DNA of 64,000 nt, from NCBI RefSeq assembly GCF_022539665.2, contig NC_081332.1:2852001-2916000 (forward strand), read 5' to 3'. The stretch comes from Daphnia carinata (lineage: Eukaryota). Positions 25,779 to 40,243 of the stretch are shown one piece after another. Both the position numbers and the translations under genes were made by a program. Position 1 is the first letter of the stretch, and each line of letters begins with the position of its first letter. Below the pieces are notes generated by a model, which was not told the origin of the DNA, did no database searches, and worked only from the letters and a program-made list of their open reading frames with translations.

Positions 25779-28700
25779 TTAAATACTCAAGGTGGAATTG
25801 TCCCACTCGAGGTCGCGGGCTTTGCATGCGCCACCATCGTCGTCGTCATCGTCGTCGTCATCATCCGGATCTTCGTCGCTGGAATCGTTGCCATGGCAAC
25901 TGTCATCTTCAGAGTCGGAATCGTCGTGACGGTGCGAAGTTCGTGTCATAGTCGACTTTTCGGCGGCCTCCAGCGTCTGGAACAAGTTTTTTTAAATTTT
26001 TTTTATGTGGTTTAATTGATGCATTAATTGCCTTTTTTTTTTCTTACGTGCAGAAACAAAGTATTCGCGTGCAATTATGGCACACACAAAAAAAGGAAAA
26101 GACTTACCTCCATCGGGTTGACGGTGATGGTGAGGGCGGAATCATCCCAAGCCATTTCAGTGTCGGCCGTCGTCTCGTCTTGTTGGGCGCGGCGCCTAGC
26201 GGCACGAACGCGCACCACTCCCAAGCTGATCATCAGCAGAAGGAAACCGGCGCAGACCATCACGATGATCGTTACGGTGTGGCCTAAATTCATCAATCAA
26301 ACATGGAAAAAAAAAAAAAAAAAAAAAAAAGAGAAATTGAATACAGGAATGTCTTTGTTCTTAACGGAATGGAAAAAAAGAAAAAAAAGAAAGAAAAGGG
26401 AAACATACTAGCACCGCTGGACAGGTGGCCCTGAACGGTGCCACCCATGCCCGTGCCCATATAAACATCGGAGATGGCGGTAATGGGTCCGACGGGACGG
26501 ATATCAACGTGATGCCGGTCAACCTTAGCGTGCGCCGGGGCGGCCGTCTTGCTCTGATGACTCAACGTCTGTTGGTTGGGTGGTTGCGGAGCGCTGGTAG
26601 ATGGTTCGGTCGAATGGCCAAGCGACGAACTGGATGCCGCGCCCGAAGTGCTAGAAGCGGCCACCACCGGCGTAGAAGTCGATCCATCAACGAATGAAGA
26701 CGCTTGCGGATGATCAACGGTGACCTGGAAAGACCCCAAAATAACAAAAACCGGTTTCACTTCGTTATTCAGTTGAGTCATGGGGCATCGGAAAAACGCA
26801 ACAAAAAAAAAAAAAAAAAAAAAAAAAGAAGGAAAGAAGAGGAGAGAAAAAAATGTAGCGGATTTTTTTTTTTATCGTACAGTGTGGATGAGCTCGTTGC
26901 TGGCAAATCGCCCGCTCATCTGCGAGCAGATGAGCTTGAAAGCGCGGGTCAAATAGTAGGCCGGCTTGTGGTTGTTGTACTGCAACTGATGAAGGATCTG
27001 TTCGTAGTGGTTTGTGGATTCGCTGCCCATCAAAGTGACACCGTCGTGGCTGAATTTGGCTTCAATCTTGAACTGGCTGAGGAGATTCTGCGGCCAAGTA
27101 AGCGTTTCGTGATCCGGATTCAGCGGCGGGTAGACGGTGGCCGTGCAAGAGTCGACGCGCTGGGCAATGTTCATCATCAGGTCCTCTTCTTCAGATGACT
27201 CATCCTCTTCCGAGGAAGAGTCTTGAGCAGCGGCGGCGTCAGCGTTGCTGACTTCGATGCGAGCGTCTGGGAAAAGATGGACGCCACTTCTCAACGACTC
27301 GTAGCCGTAATGAGAGCTGGACAGACCGGTGACGGTAACAATAGGTAGCGGAGTGGCCTGGACCACAATGGCGCTCTCCAAGACGGGGATCTTGAGTGTC
27401 CGGCCGGACGAGCACACGATATTCGTGTAGAGACGCAGAGGACGGCGGCCAGGCGTTGGGAAGTCTCTCAGATTGGCGTAGGCGACTTTACGCAATAGCA
27501 CCTCCAAGTTGGTCTTGTTTTCGCCCTCCAATGTCAACTCGGTCAAATCTGTCCAATGCAAATATTTTAATTGTTTGTTTCTTTCTCTTTTTGAAGAGGT
27601 CTACACGCAAGCGTACCGTTGTTGTTCAGGATTTCCATGCCCGGTTGAAGAAGTTCCATTGGCGGAGCTTCGAGATTCTCTTTGCACTTGTGCAAACAAG
27701 CGATCACTTCATCGAGTTCGATTTGGCCAGCCAGCACCGAAAGGCCAGCCATTGAGCCGCGCATAAAATGTTGCATCCGGCTTTGGGATCCTATTTTTTT
27801 TTGTTTTGTTTTTTTGTTTTCCATGGGAAGGAAAAGAAAGAAAAAAAAAAAAAAGATTAAAGAAAAAAGAATACACACATCCATTTCACATAGATTGCAG
27901 TTATTTATTACCTTGCCAGCAAGCGCCGACCGTGAGAGTTGTGTTCAATCCGTGACTGTTATGGAGCGGCCAGTCATCAATAATTTCAGGGTTGTTTTTG
28001 CTGGCTACCATGGGACGTCCATCAACGTACAGTTGAACTTCTGGGAACTCCATGGAAACGGCGTAATGATGCCATTGTCCGTCGCAAACCTAATTCGGGA
28101 AATAGTACGCACAAACACATGATGAGCCTTACGGCTTGTTGTTGCTGTTGTTGTTGCGAGAGCTTCCCTAAGTTATTCACGTAAGAGCACAACAGGCAAA
28201 TAAGGCGGGGGGGGAAGCATCAAGTTCTCCTATCCCTTCCTGATCTCCTTCATTTAACCTTTTGTTTTCTATTTTCAAAAGCTTACCTGAGGCAATTTCC
28301 AGCGAAACTCAGCCGGCCGGAAACTTTTGAGATCTCCGTCTCCAAACTCCCGACGCAAAAGTAAAATGAGCCGACAATTGCGGATAAACAAAGAGAAATG
28401 ATGACGGTTCATTTCTGTTGGGAAAAACAAACACCAGATATGAACAAAGATAATCAAACATTAAAAAAAAAAATAATAAACGAATAACAATAAAAGAAAA
28501 TTCTTGTTTGTCTTACGGTGATCATCCGCATTGCAGAGAATGTGCTCTTTGACATGTTTGTCCTGTCCGGCGTGGTGTTCGTGCTTCAGCCAAACCGACA
28601 TGGTGAAATTTCTCGTCAGGTTGTGAGCCATCACTTCCGGCGGTACCGTCACGCCTGTTGATCCGTCAAACACGAAGACCTGCGACCGTTGACAACAAAT

Positions 28701-28891
28701 AAGAAAGAGAGTCACACAATCAATCAAAACCAATCACAGCAAAAGGACGGGGGGAGGGGAGACAAAGTAATAAGGCAAGAATCGTATCAACTAGACCCGC
28801 TCTTATTACATATGATTAAGCTAGAGAATAACGACGAATAGCTATCGCGGTATGATGAGCCATAATTCAATCTTGTTTCGACGTACTGTAT

Positions 28892-28922
<31 letters not shown>

Positions 28923-31900
28923 GTGCAATCAGCCCCGTCTTCCCACAGGCATCCGCAAGACAAATCATAAAAATTCTTGCCCGTCTCCCAACCCGTCGAA
29001 ATTGGTCGTAAGGCGAAACGGAATACAGATGGACACGTACCTGATCGGCTTCACGTCCTTGGTCAACGGGGAGGTCACGCGTCCATTCGGCCCCAGGTCC
29101 TGGTGGCGGCAAGAGATCGATGGCACGGCTATTGGCTCCGCACAATTTCCTTTGGTTCTGCCAATGTTATTTTTTTTTTTTATTATTAGATTTTTATGAT
29201 TATCACTTTTTTCTTTGTCATTCCAAAGCGGGATAGAAGAAGAATAATAATAATAATAAAAAAAGGAATATAAACAGGTAATCGAGTTGTCTTTTCGTCT
29301 GATTTCTTTGATTGAAAAGGAAATGGGATAGAAGGACACCAAATAGCTCTCGACTAGGATCACGAACGGCCATTTCCTTCGATTAGTCTTATCGATCCAT
29401 TCCGGACGGATACAAAACCCTCTGCCCTATTCATTCCCAAAGAAAGAAACAGACGATGGCATTCACTGTAAAAAGGAAGAAATGATTTTGAAAGAAGGAA
29501 AAAAAAAAAAAAAAAACGAAAGAAAAAGGTGTAGAATGACACGGGGAGGAGATTAGAGAGAAAGTAGGAGGCGATGAAAAGAGAGACAATGAATTCTCGT
29601 GTTCCGTGCGCGCACAGTCACGGACAAAAAAAAACAAAAAAAAACGAGGAAGACGTATCCGATAACTCAACCGTCATTTGTTTTAGCACATCGACGTCAC
29701 TCTGTTGCCTCTCGTATTTTTTCAAATGTTATGAGAGGAATAAAAGAAAAGAGAAATAGTATATAGGAGGAGGAGGAGGACGACGTATAAGAGAGAAAAA
29801 GAAAAACGAGTGTTATGTATACCTGGACGGTGTAAGTATCGCGGTCGCAGTTCTTGCCCAAATGGGAGGAAGCCAACGTGAGACGGGCCTGGATGGATTC
29901 GGGTTGGCAAGGGAAATCGCACAAGTTGATTTGCGCCTCGGGGAAAAGATCCTGTCGACCCGATCCGGGTACGTATTCCACACGTTCGCTGATGCCTGCG
30001 CATTTCCAATCAAAGTTCACATTTATTTTCTATTTGATTTATCTTCCAACAGAATTTATAAAAAAAAAAAAAAAAAAAAAAAAAAGACATACCAGTCCAT
30101 CCAAGACGGCAGACTCGGTTGACTTTGACGCTGACCAGGACGGGCTCGGATCGTTTCATTCCACAATCGTATGCGACAACCTGCAGGATGTGATTGTGAT
30201 TCTTTTCGTAATCCAGGGGCTCGATGCTGCGAATGACACCTGTGTGAAAATAACGACGCGCAACACAAGGAACGTATCAATCGTCAATCCTTTTACGTTC
30301 CTCATGAAAACATCTCTTTGTTGGCATAGGGAAAACTTTGTGAAAAAATTAAGTAGACGAAGCCTCGACGGATTTATTTAAATCCATCGACTCGCGCACA
30401 TGAAAAAAGGCAAAGAGATTTGTTGATTGCAAATCCTCTCGCAGCTTTTCCTTCCTGAAACTTGAACTGGATTAAATCGAACCCATGGCAATATCTCAAT
30501 TCCCGACTGAAAAGACTTCTTTAAAAAAAAATAAAATAAAATAAAATAAATAAATAAACAAATAAGTAGGAATAAGTGAAGGGCTTTCGCCATCATCGTG
30601 TTCCCAAAACTTTTTTCGTGTGCGATAACAAGAAGGCAACAAAAGCTCCCCGCCCGCCTGCTCCTTTTCAAAAGCGGAGTGCGTCCTTTTAAAAAAGTGA
30701 AGCGGGTAAGGATTGTGGAGAGGGGCCCGAGAATAGCGAACGATGGTGCGCGCATCAGAGACATCAAAGAGCGCGTCAGAAATTGCAAATTCCAAGTGGG
30801 AGTGCCTAGCATTGGTTGCCATAGAAATATCAAAAAAACCCAAAGTTTAAAATGGACTTGACTGTCGCGTCCGTCAACGCACCGAGGCTCCGAAAGAATC
30901 CACCCTTTTTTTTTTTTTTTTTTTTTTTTTTACATCTTTTAAAATAAATTCAGAGGAAATAGAATCGCCCCCACAACCTCCCTCCCGCGAAAAAAAAAAG
31001 TAATCAATTTTGAAGATGACTAGTGCCATCTTATGTTGCCCTTTACTCTACCTGCTCGGTGAGGAGACGTTACGAGTAAAAACAAAAACAAAAAAAAACA
31101 CAACGCAATATGTTGGATGGATGGACGGAGGCGGTGGTCGGATTACATGCATCTATAATATTTGTGCGTTGTATAGAAGAGACGTTACAGATCTAAACAT
31201 CCAAGTGCACGGAATGGCTCAAATGTTTGCCCTTTCCGCGGGCATATCCTGCCCGTTTGTCTCCGTCCCTTTGTGTGCGCATTTCCCCGATTCCGGATGA
31301 CAAACCAACATCAGACATGCCCTTTTCTTTTCCCCACTTGCGCCAATATGGAATATCAAGTTTCATATCCTCCCCTCCCCCCCCCCCCGTTCGTGCTATT
31401 TATTCTTGTCTTGTAACGAAAGGGATACTGGTGTGAGGTGATTAATCCATGCTCACATATTGGACAAGACTGGCGCAGCACTTGGATATTCAGCGGTTGC
31501 GGCGGCACTTTATACCCATCCGCCGGAATCAAAGGGTGGAAAAGGAAGGGAGGGGGAAAAAAAAGGTGGTGCATTGAAAAGAAAAAAAAAAGAAAAAAAG
31601 GTAGTGCAGCGCTCGGCACAAACAATAGACACAAGAAGCGATTCGTCAACTAAAGTGGATGGGATTTTCGATGGATTGCTCATGTGTTATGTGGATGTAT
31701 CCACTCCCTTGACACGCGCGCACACAACCGGATGGGACGAAAAGCTTAGAGGCATTCGTTTGAAGACGAAGAAGAATGGCGTTTCAGTTCGCAAGGCCGG
31801 AAGCAAAGTGAGTTAGCATACGTTTAAACGACTCCCACTTTTTTTTTTCTTTTCTATTGCAATCAAATAAGAAAGGGCCAATAATAAAAAGAAGATACAA

Positions 31901-33038
31901 ACCTTCATTGTCGATGGCAAACGGTTGATCTTTGTTGAGGATGTCGTAGCGGCAAATGTCGCCGTACTTGGCAGAACAGTCGGCGTCATTGGCTTCCACC
32001 TGGATGATCTTGTCAGCCGGTCGACCTTCGTCAACATCGACGACGTACGACGGCTGGTTGAATTTCGGTGCGTACTCGTTGACGTCATTGACGCTGATAT
32101 GCACCGTCGCACTGTATAAAGGAAAACAATCAAATGACGTATTTAGAAGATAAGAAAAGACTCGCCATTTCAAAACGAGGGGGGAAAAAAAAAAATCCAA
32201 TTCATCTGATGGTCGCAATCAAAAGGGAAACAAAAGACGCGGCCATTGGAGGCCATAGACTTTCTACGATACATATCCTTTTAATACATGTAATATAGTG
32301 TATCGTGTGCCCTTTTGTCTATTCAATGCAAGCCCGTCCGTCCGCCTGTCATCCTCCATTCTTCAACGTTGTTCAGTCTATCCACTTCAAGGAAGAAAAT
32401 AAAAAGAAAGACGGGGCCGGCAGAGGCGGTACAAGGAATATTATCTGGAGCACTTGATCAACTCGACGACGTCGGCACACATTCACCAGAGGCTTTTCAT
32501 CTTCCCTTTTTTCCGTATTCTCTTTTTTTTTTTTTTTTTTTTATTAAGAGTCGACCAAATAGCAGGACAAGCGGAGAGATGGATCTTTTCATAGAGTTGC
32601 TACCCTTCACTCTCATCATGATTTAAAATTTTGTCTTTTTCTTTTTCTTTCTTTTTTTTTTTTTTTTTAAATTTCCACAACAGCTGTTTGTTGTGCTACC
32701 AGACTGCCAATTTGCTTCTTGGCTTTGTTTGGCAAAAGAAAAGAGATGGACTCACTTTTCCGATGAGATTCCGGCGCAGGAGACGGCTACAATGTCGAAC
32801 TTGTAGTTCTTCTTCTTCTCACAGTTGAGGCTCTTCTTGGCCCGTAATTCAGCTTCGCCCTTCTCCCGATCTTTCACCACAATCTGCCCGTGCAAAATAA
32901 AAGGCAAAAAATATATGTATATATTTTAAGATGAGCAAACAAATGACACGTCAATTTTGTAAATGGGTGCATCGGTGGAAAAAAAAAAGAACCTGAAAAA
33001 CACTCTCGTCAGACAGCTCTTGTAAAATGGGAGTTTTA

Positions 33039-33076
<38 letters not shown>

Positions 33077-36000
33077 TAATAGTGAGGGAAGATTGGGAGC
33101 AAGAAGCGATTTGATGTCTCGTATCGATCGAGTTGGCAGCACAGCCCATCGAGATGGGATTCCCAGCAAAAAGCTGAGCCAACAAACCCTATTCGATGCG
33201 ATTTATACAACCAGTCCAAAACGAAGAAAAGAAATAGGGGAAAAGTGTTGAGAGAGATAGAGAGAGAGAGAGTCGGAGAGAGAGAGTCAATATTGAAACG
33301 GAACAAAGAAGTTTTTTTTTTTTTTTTGGGTGTGATTTGGTGGCCAAAGGGAGAGAAGAAGAAGAAGAAGAAAAAACTTTTTTTTTTCTCTTTTTCCCAT
33401 TTCCATCGCATTCTACAGCCGCCATCTTGGGCCCTCATCATTTAAAACAGGAAATTCAAAAGGCATCCATTTGTACGCCGTCACACAATCGAAGCTCGAA
33501 AAAAAAAAAAAAAAAGGAAGAAGAAAAGAAAATGAAATAGATGAACAAAATGGCGGGCTTGAATTCAACGCGCACAGGGACGCCACGGCGTCTACTGTTC
33601 GCGGCGTCGTTGGGCGCGTGCTAGCGCTTGGCCCCTTAACAACTATCGATTAGGTAACTCTCTCTCTCTCGCGCGCGCGGGCTCTCCAGTCCAAAATAAA
33701 GCGCGCTAAGACGCTATATAGCGGTGTACGCATTTTCTTGTTTTGCGCTACGGGCGGCCTCTCATCGACACGAGCGCGAAACTATAACGCCAATTTCACA
33801 TCATCGTTTCATCGCCAAATAAATAAATTAAAAAAAAAAAACACGCGGACCACACAAGCAAACAACAAGACTATTCAGCCATCATGATGATGGCACAGCC
33901 AAAAGGATGGCAGGAAGAGTGCAAAGGTTTCTAGAAGTTGGATCGATATCATCACCGAAGGGCCTTTGGCTCGCTCGACATAACTGCTATCGTCACGGCA
34001 TACGCTTTTCTTTTTCTCTATTCTTATTTGCGAATAATAAAAATAAATAAAGCTGCCGATGTACGAGAGAGGTCACAGATTTCATTGCACGGCATATTTG
34101 TCATGTTTTTATTTTTATTTATTTATTTTTTTTTTCCTTCCTGCAAATCCAACATCGTCGTGAGCGTGGGGCAATACCGAATGAACTCTCGCCCGACTGC
34201 ATCCAATATACACAGTTCCATATCTCCGGTATGCGTCTATAGTTGCAGTCCACGTCATCGGGAGCGAGTAAATATACGCCTGACAGGCCAACTGGCGTGG
34301 ACCTTTCAAAGGTAAAAATCTGTTCCACATTTTCCAAATCGCCTGGTGAAACAGAGAGTGCGATATGGGCTGTCGGCCATTAGCCTTATACAACAACAAC
34401 AAACAAAAGCAAATCAGATATAGCCGTCTGCGTGTTATCGGCATCGTTTTTTTTTTCTTATCTACGCTTGTTGACTAAACGAACGTATTCGAACACAAAA
34501 ATAAACCATTTTTTAAGATTGCCCACCAAAAATAGGAGTTTCCATTCACGTGGCTTTTTTAAGTTCCTTACGTAAGTAAACAGTGAATCATGTGATTCAC
34601 GTTTTTTTTTTTTTTTGCTTACTGCTTTTATAACGTGTAATACGTAACGCGTATAGACGTTTTAGATGGGGCAAAGGGGACATATAAAGTGCAGTATCAA
34701 AAGGTAATTCATCATCCGTGAGAAAGGAGTGGTGGCGGAGCACGTCGTGACAAACTTTCTTTTTTTTGGTTGGGTTTACAAGAGCAAAAGAGGATGGCCC
34801 GCCTCACCCTTTTACATGTCGTAGGTAGCATTCTGGTTTGGACGTGCTGGACGACCGGCATGACGGATGGACTTTCGCTCGAGCACAGATTGCAGCAATT
34901 AACTGACAACTACGTGAGTATGCGCGTCTTTCGTGTTGTTTTTTTGTTGTTAAAAACTTCTTTTTCATTGGAAATTCTTTTTTTTTCGTGAAAACTGGAA
35001 TGCCCGCTAATGTAACGCGCAATGAACAGATGGAACTGAAAGGAAATTTGGCTGAAAAAGACGCGCAATTGGAAGCTCTAAAACGACAGCAGGTCTCCAA
35101 TAAATCCTCATTGAATATTTCAATCATCGATAACTAAAACGCTTGTCTTTTTTTTTTGTTTGTACCGAAAAACAGAATGAAATGATGCAAAGCTGCGTGG
35201 AAAACGAAATCCGATTTCAAGATTTGAAAGAGAAACACGTAAAAACAGCCTGCTCTATTTTTCGTATTTGTTTTGCTTTTTTCTTAAAAAAAAAAAAAAA
35301 AAAAAGGAGCCAAATGTTATTGAACTAGGAAATGTTGGTAGAGCAAGTGACACGACACGTACGAGGCAAAGCCCATAGGGCCAACGTGTCGATTGGCCAT
35401 CAATCAGGAAGAGCCATGCCGACTTCGTGCCAAGATCTAAGTCAAATAGGACACGTCCTTAGCGGCTTGTATTCAGTGATGGCCACTGAAATGGTGCAAA
35501 ACGTTTACTGCGACTTTACTAAACTACCCGGCGACGCTGGTAAGATTATTATGTTGTGTTCCATTCCCACGCCATTCTCGGAGCAAGCGTTTAAAAAAAA
35601 AAGACGTCATTGAAAATGCCTAGGTTTCGAGACACTGATTGGATTTGCCGACGTCAAATCACAGCCGACGTACTTTTACGTGCAGACGAGCGCGAACTTC
35701 AATCAAACCAAAGTTCCGATTCCGTTCGACGAAGAAATGCTGAACGTCGGCGGCGCCATGAATTCAACATCGGGCATCTTCACGGCGCCACGGACGGGCA
35801 ATTACTTTTTTTCAGCCTCTGGAATTGCCTACATTCCGGCCTCGTCTTCTGCGCTCCTCTACTTCCACATCGTTTTGTACGTGAACGGCGGTCGCATCGG
35901 ATTGGCGCACGCCTTTTCAGATGAACTCGCCGCCGAGGGAGGTCAACACGAAACGTTTTCGCTGTCGTCGACGCTCAATTTACAGGCGGGCGATCAAATT

Positions 36001-39000
36001 TGGTTGGAAATATTCGGCATGTCACCGGGAGCGTACATGAACGGCAACGGTTACACTCACTTTAACGGCTGGCTTTTACAAGAAAATCTTTCAGCCAGCC
36101 TTTAATTTTTCTTTTCTTTCTTTTTCTTTTTTCGTAGCCTCTAGATTTCTTTGAAAAATAAACAAAATGCGTTCTCTTTTATGGAGCTCTACAACCAACT
36201 GTCCAACAACTCAATAAAAAAATAAGATAAGAGACTTGCCCGACCGATAAGCCAGAAGAGGGGAGGAGGGCTTGTTTTTATTTCAACTTTCGAGTGTTTG
36301 ATAAGAAATAAGAAATTTTTCTTTTTGTGCTTACCTCGAATGGAGTCTCTCCGTGATGTTTGTTGACGATGCGGAAGGCGCAGATTTCGGCGCCAACGGC
36401 GCGTATTTTCGGCGTCACATCGACGATCAGCTTATCTTCGTCGACCAGGCCATGGTAGCCGCTGTTGCCACTCTTGCCAGTTCCATCCAAACGGGGAACT
36501 GTTGAAAAAAAAAGAAAGAAAGAAAAGAAAGTCCAATAAGATACACGCACGCCTTAACGTCGAAATATACAAAAAAAAAAAAAAAAATAAAAAAATGGAG
36601 ACGAAACAAATTGAAAAATCGTGCAAATCCATTGGGGACATTTCGTTTCTGCATTCTTCGAGCCAGAGAGAAGAAGAAGATAAAGTTGCAAAGAAGATGG
36701 AAAGTTGAAGGCGAAAGAGACTCATCCCGGATTTCCAATTTTCCTCAGACATATCGAGAAGGGACGTGATGAAAAATATATTGGATCTTCTGGCTGCCTC
36801 TAGCTCTTTATAATATTATATATTGTGTGCGGATGCGTGTTGAAAAAAAAAAAAAAGGGGGGGAAGAAAAGGAATGAAGGGGAGGGCATATATAGATATG
36901 CTCTCGTTTTCCGTAATGCCATCAGGAGCCCTGCGGATCGATTGCCGATCGTCCCGCAGGGGAGGCGCCGCACTCAATCGCACGCGTCACTACGACGACA
37001 CCCTTCAGACGCCCAACGAATAGAAGAAGAAACGGCCAAAAAAAAAAGAAAAAAGAAAATCGAACGAGTGTCGAGGACGCCACTTGTGATATATATAAAA
37101 CGAGTGCCGATCTGGCATCTTTTCTTCTCTTTTTTTCGCCGCTTTTAACAATTGCGGGAACCGAGAACCATCTGCGAGTGTCTAACAGTTGTTGGCTAGT
37201 TCGCTCCTCGAGGAAATGAAAAGAGCGAATTCAATTTTTTCATAACACAGAAAAAAGAAAATGCCGACTGTCGAGAGATTTTTACTTCGTCGACTGACAG
37301 AAAGAAAGAAATGCAGTAGAGCTTTGTGATGTAGTATCGAAATCGATATGACTTTGACTAACAATCATGTGCACCGTTAACTTTGCCTATTCGCTCTCAC
37401 TGGCTCTAACTCCCATTAGCCAATAGCGTCACAAAAGTTTGTCGTCCCACACATCGTCTACCGAGCGCCACACTCGGGATCAAGTCTCGTTTTATTCCGC
37501 TTCAAAAAGCCTAAAACACAAAAAGAGGCTTTAAAGTTTTCATGCCCTCTTTGCTCAAGGCAAACACGAGAGACATACATATACAGAGAAAGAGAGAGTG
37601 TGTGACAGTTAAAATCTAGCCTTTTTTTCTTTCTTTCTTTAACTACGGCTATGGTTAATTACACCGAAGAGCTGGCTAAGAATAGGTCTATTCTTTTGGC
37701 CTGGCTTAAGGTCGTGTGTCAAAATCGATGGGTTAGTGAATTAAAATTGGCTGAGCTTTTACAGAAAAAAGAAAAAGCGTACACAGTGAACGCAAGACGC
37801 GCGTACATCATCAATGTTTGAAGAGGCTTTTATCCCGTTTCTCTTTTTTTTTTTTCTCTATCAATTCGAACGAGAAAAGCAAACGTGAAAAAAAAAAAAA
37901 AAAAAAAGAATCCTACCAAAACACGTCGCCAAAATCCAATTTTCCACGAACAACATGTTTTTCTTTTTACTTTTCTTCAACGTTTCGTCATACGCTATTG
38001 ATAGAGACTTTGTGTCTCGCTATGAAATGTGTAGCTGTTGTAGCGCTGCTGCTGCACCTTTCGGCTTGTTTATTTATTTCGTTTTCTCGTCGTGCATACG
38101 TAAATATTCCTTCGACGACAAGACACCATCCGCCAGCGGTGCGGATCGATGGAGCAAACGGATAAAACAAAAACAGTTCACCGTAAGCGCCGACGTCACC
38201 ACAACAACCCAACGCCGATGACAATTCGAACGTGCGTCTTTGTATGTGTGTGCGCTTGATCAAACAAAAGCGACTGGCGGTACACGAATCTATACGTACG
38301 TCACCAATTTTCCTCTTTTGTTTTTTATTGCTTTCTCTTCTTTCGTACATAGACCGTCGATTTTCAAGATGGACGCCTTTGTGACGGCGACGACACCCCA
38401 TCTTTCGTGTACTGGTCTGGACCTTCTACCTCTCTTTCTTTTTCGCATCTATCTATATACACACACATATATATATATAACCGCATATAAGAAGGGAAAA
38501 AAGAAAAAGGTGGGCGAAGAGGTAAACAAGACAAACGGTCGCCAAGGCAACTGAAGGGTCATCCCAAAGAAAAATAGAGAACGACACGCACGCTGGACGA
38601 GAGCAAAAACGAAAACGCTGTTTTCGCTGCACGCTCTTTACTGTTTGGCCGCTAGGTACTCGACAGCGCACTCGAGCTCTTTTTATGTCCACGACAGTGC
38701 AAGTCACCGTGCAAGGCCACCTTTAATTAGTTTTCCGTGCAAACATCCTCAGGATAGAGCGATACATAATCATTACGTTTTGCGAAATAATTCGTTTTTG
38801 AAGGGAAACACTGGCGGCGATTGGTATCAACAAGGGCAAAAGAAGCGCACACAAAACGCGGAAATTGGATATGATCAAGTCCATCTTGTCGCTGCCCACC
38901 CCCCTCCCCCGAACAGTTGAATAAATAATTTCGCTAGCCCACCTAAGGCGCTTAATTTTTAATTAGACGGACGAGGCGAGTAGGTGGAGAAATATGATTA

Positions 39001-40210
39001 CTCAAAAATAACTAACATAATGCGAGAAACTTTTCGTGTACACGCGGAAAATGAACGATCAACGGAGCGGGTTGGAAAAGAAGATGAAAACTCGTGTGCT
39101 TCTGACAAGCTCATTACGTGAACCAGCCAACCAGCCAACCCGCACCGTTTTACCCTATCCCTGAGGGCGGGTAGTTTAAACCTTTGTGTCGATTAGGTGG
39201 AATAAAATGAGGGGGAACAAAAATAAGGCGCCTCGACGAAGCTTTACTACGCCATGACGTCGGCTGTCCGCGTATTGATTTTTATCTCTCTCTCGCTGCC
39301 AACCCTTTCAAAACTCCAACCTTTCCCTAATTTTCAAAGCAGGCGCTTCTCAAAGAGAGTCGGTGTGTGTGTGTGTGTGTACCAGCTCTTGATTAAGGTT
39401 TCCGCGCATCCAACCCGTCGAAATCAAATGGATGCGCATCCAACTTTTCCTTACAATTTTGATAACACGCATTTTTTGGAAACATTTAAGAAAAATAAGT
39501 TGAACACGTCGTTAGGCAACTCATAAAATGCAGTCAGCTGTTGCGAGATTAACAGATCGTGAGTCACGAAAAGCGGGATGCGTTTCGCGCGATATTTCAA
39601 TAGTCTCCAACCAATGGCGGAACAAAATGGCGACGAACAACGAACAAGACGAGACGCAAGAAGGTCGCTTGCCAATGGCTTTTCATCGTTAACGAGCGGG
39701 AAAACGATAATAAAAAGAAAACCCGAAAAAGAAAAGGGACGAAAAATCCTCTCCACCACAAAAAGCCATTGGTGCGGATGAAAGTGAATTGAAGACGAGA
39801 TGATGAACAAGGGAAAAGACATAATACTCTTTGCATTCTATACGAGCGATGGCGCGTTCATTAGCAAGACAACGTCTTGCCGCTACTTCTCATCTGATGG
39901 CAAAGAAGATTGTCTTTTATACACGCTCCGTCGAGTGGATATTATAATGATGATGACGATGATTGCATCAAATTCGGATATTTTATATACATACAAATGG
40001 AAAAAAAAGGCGTAGCAAAAAATGTGACATAAAAAAAGGATCGTATTCTTTGCAATAACGACGCGCCGCACACATTTTTGGTTCAACGACGAGATTGACT
40101 AGAACGACGCCTGTGTGTGATTACAGCCGGCTGTATAAAGAAAGATGAATGGGCCAACGAGTCAAGAGGCCGTTCTATTTCTTTCCTCCGCTTCCCTCTT
40201 AACTGAGGAG

Positions 40211-40243
<33 letters not shown>

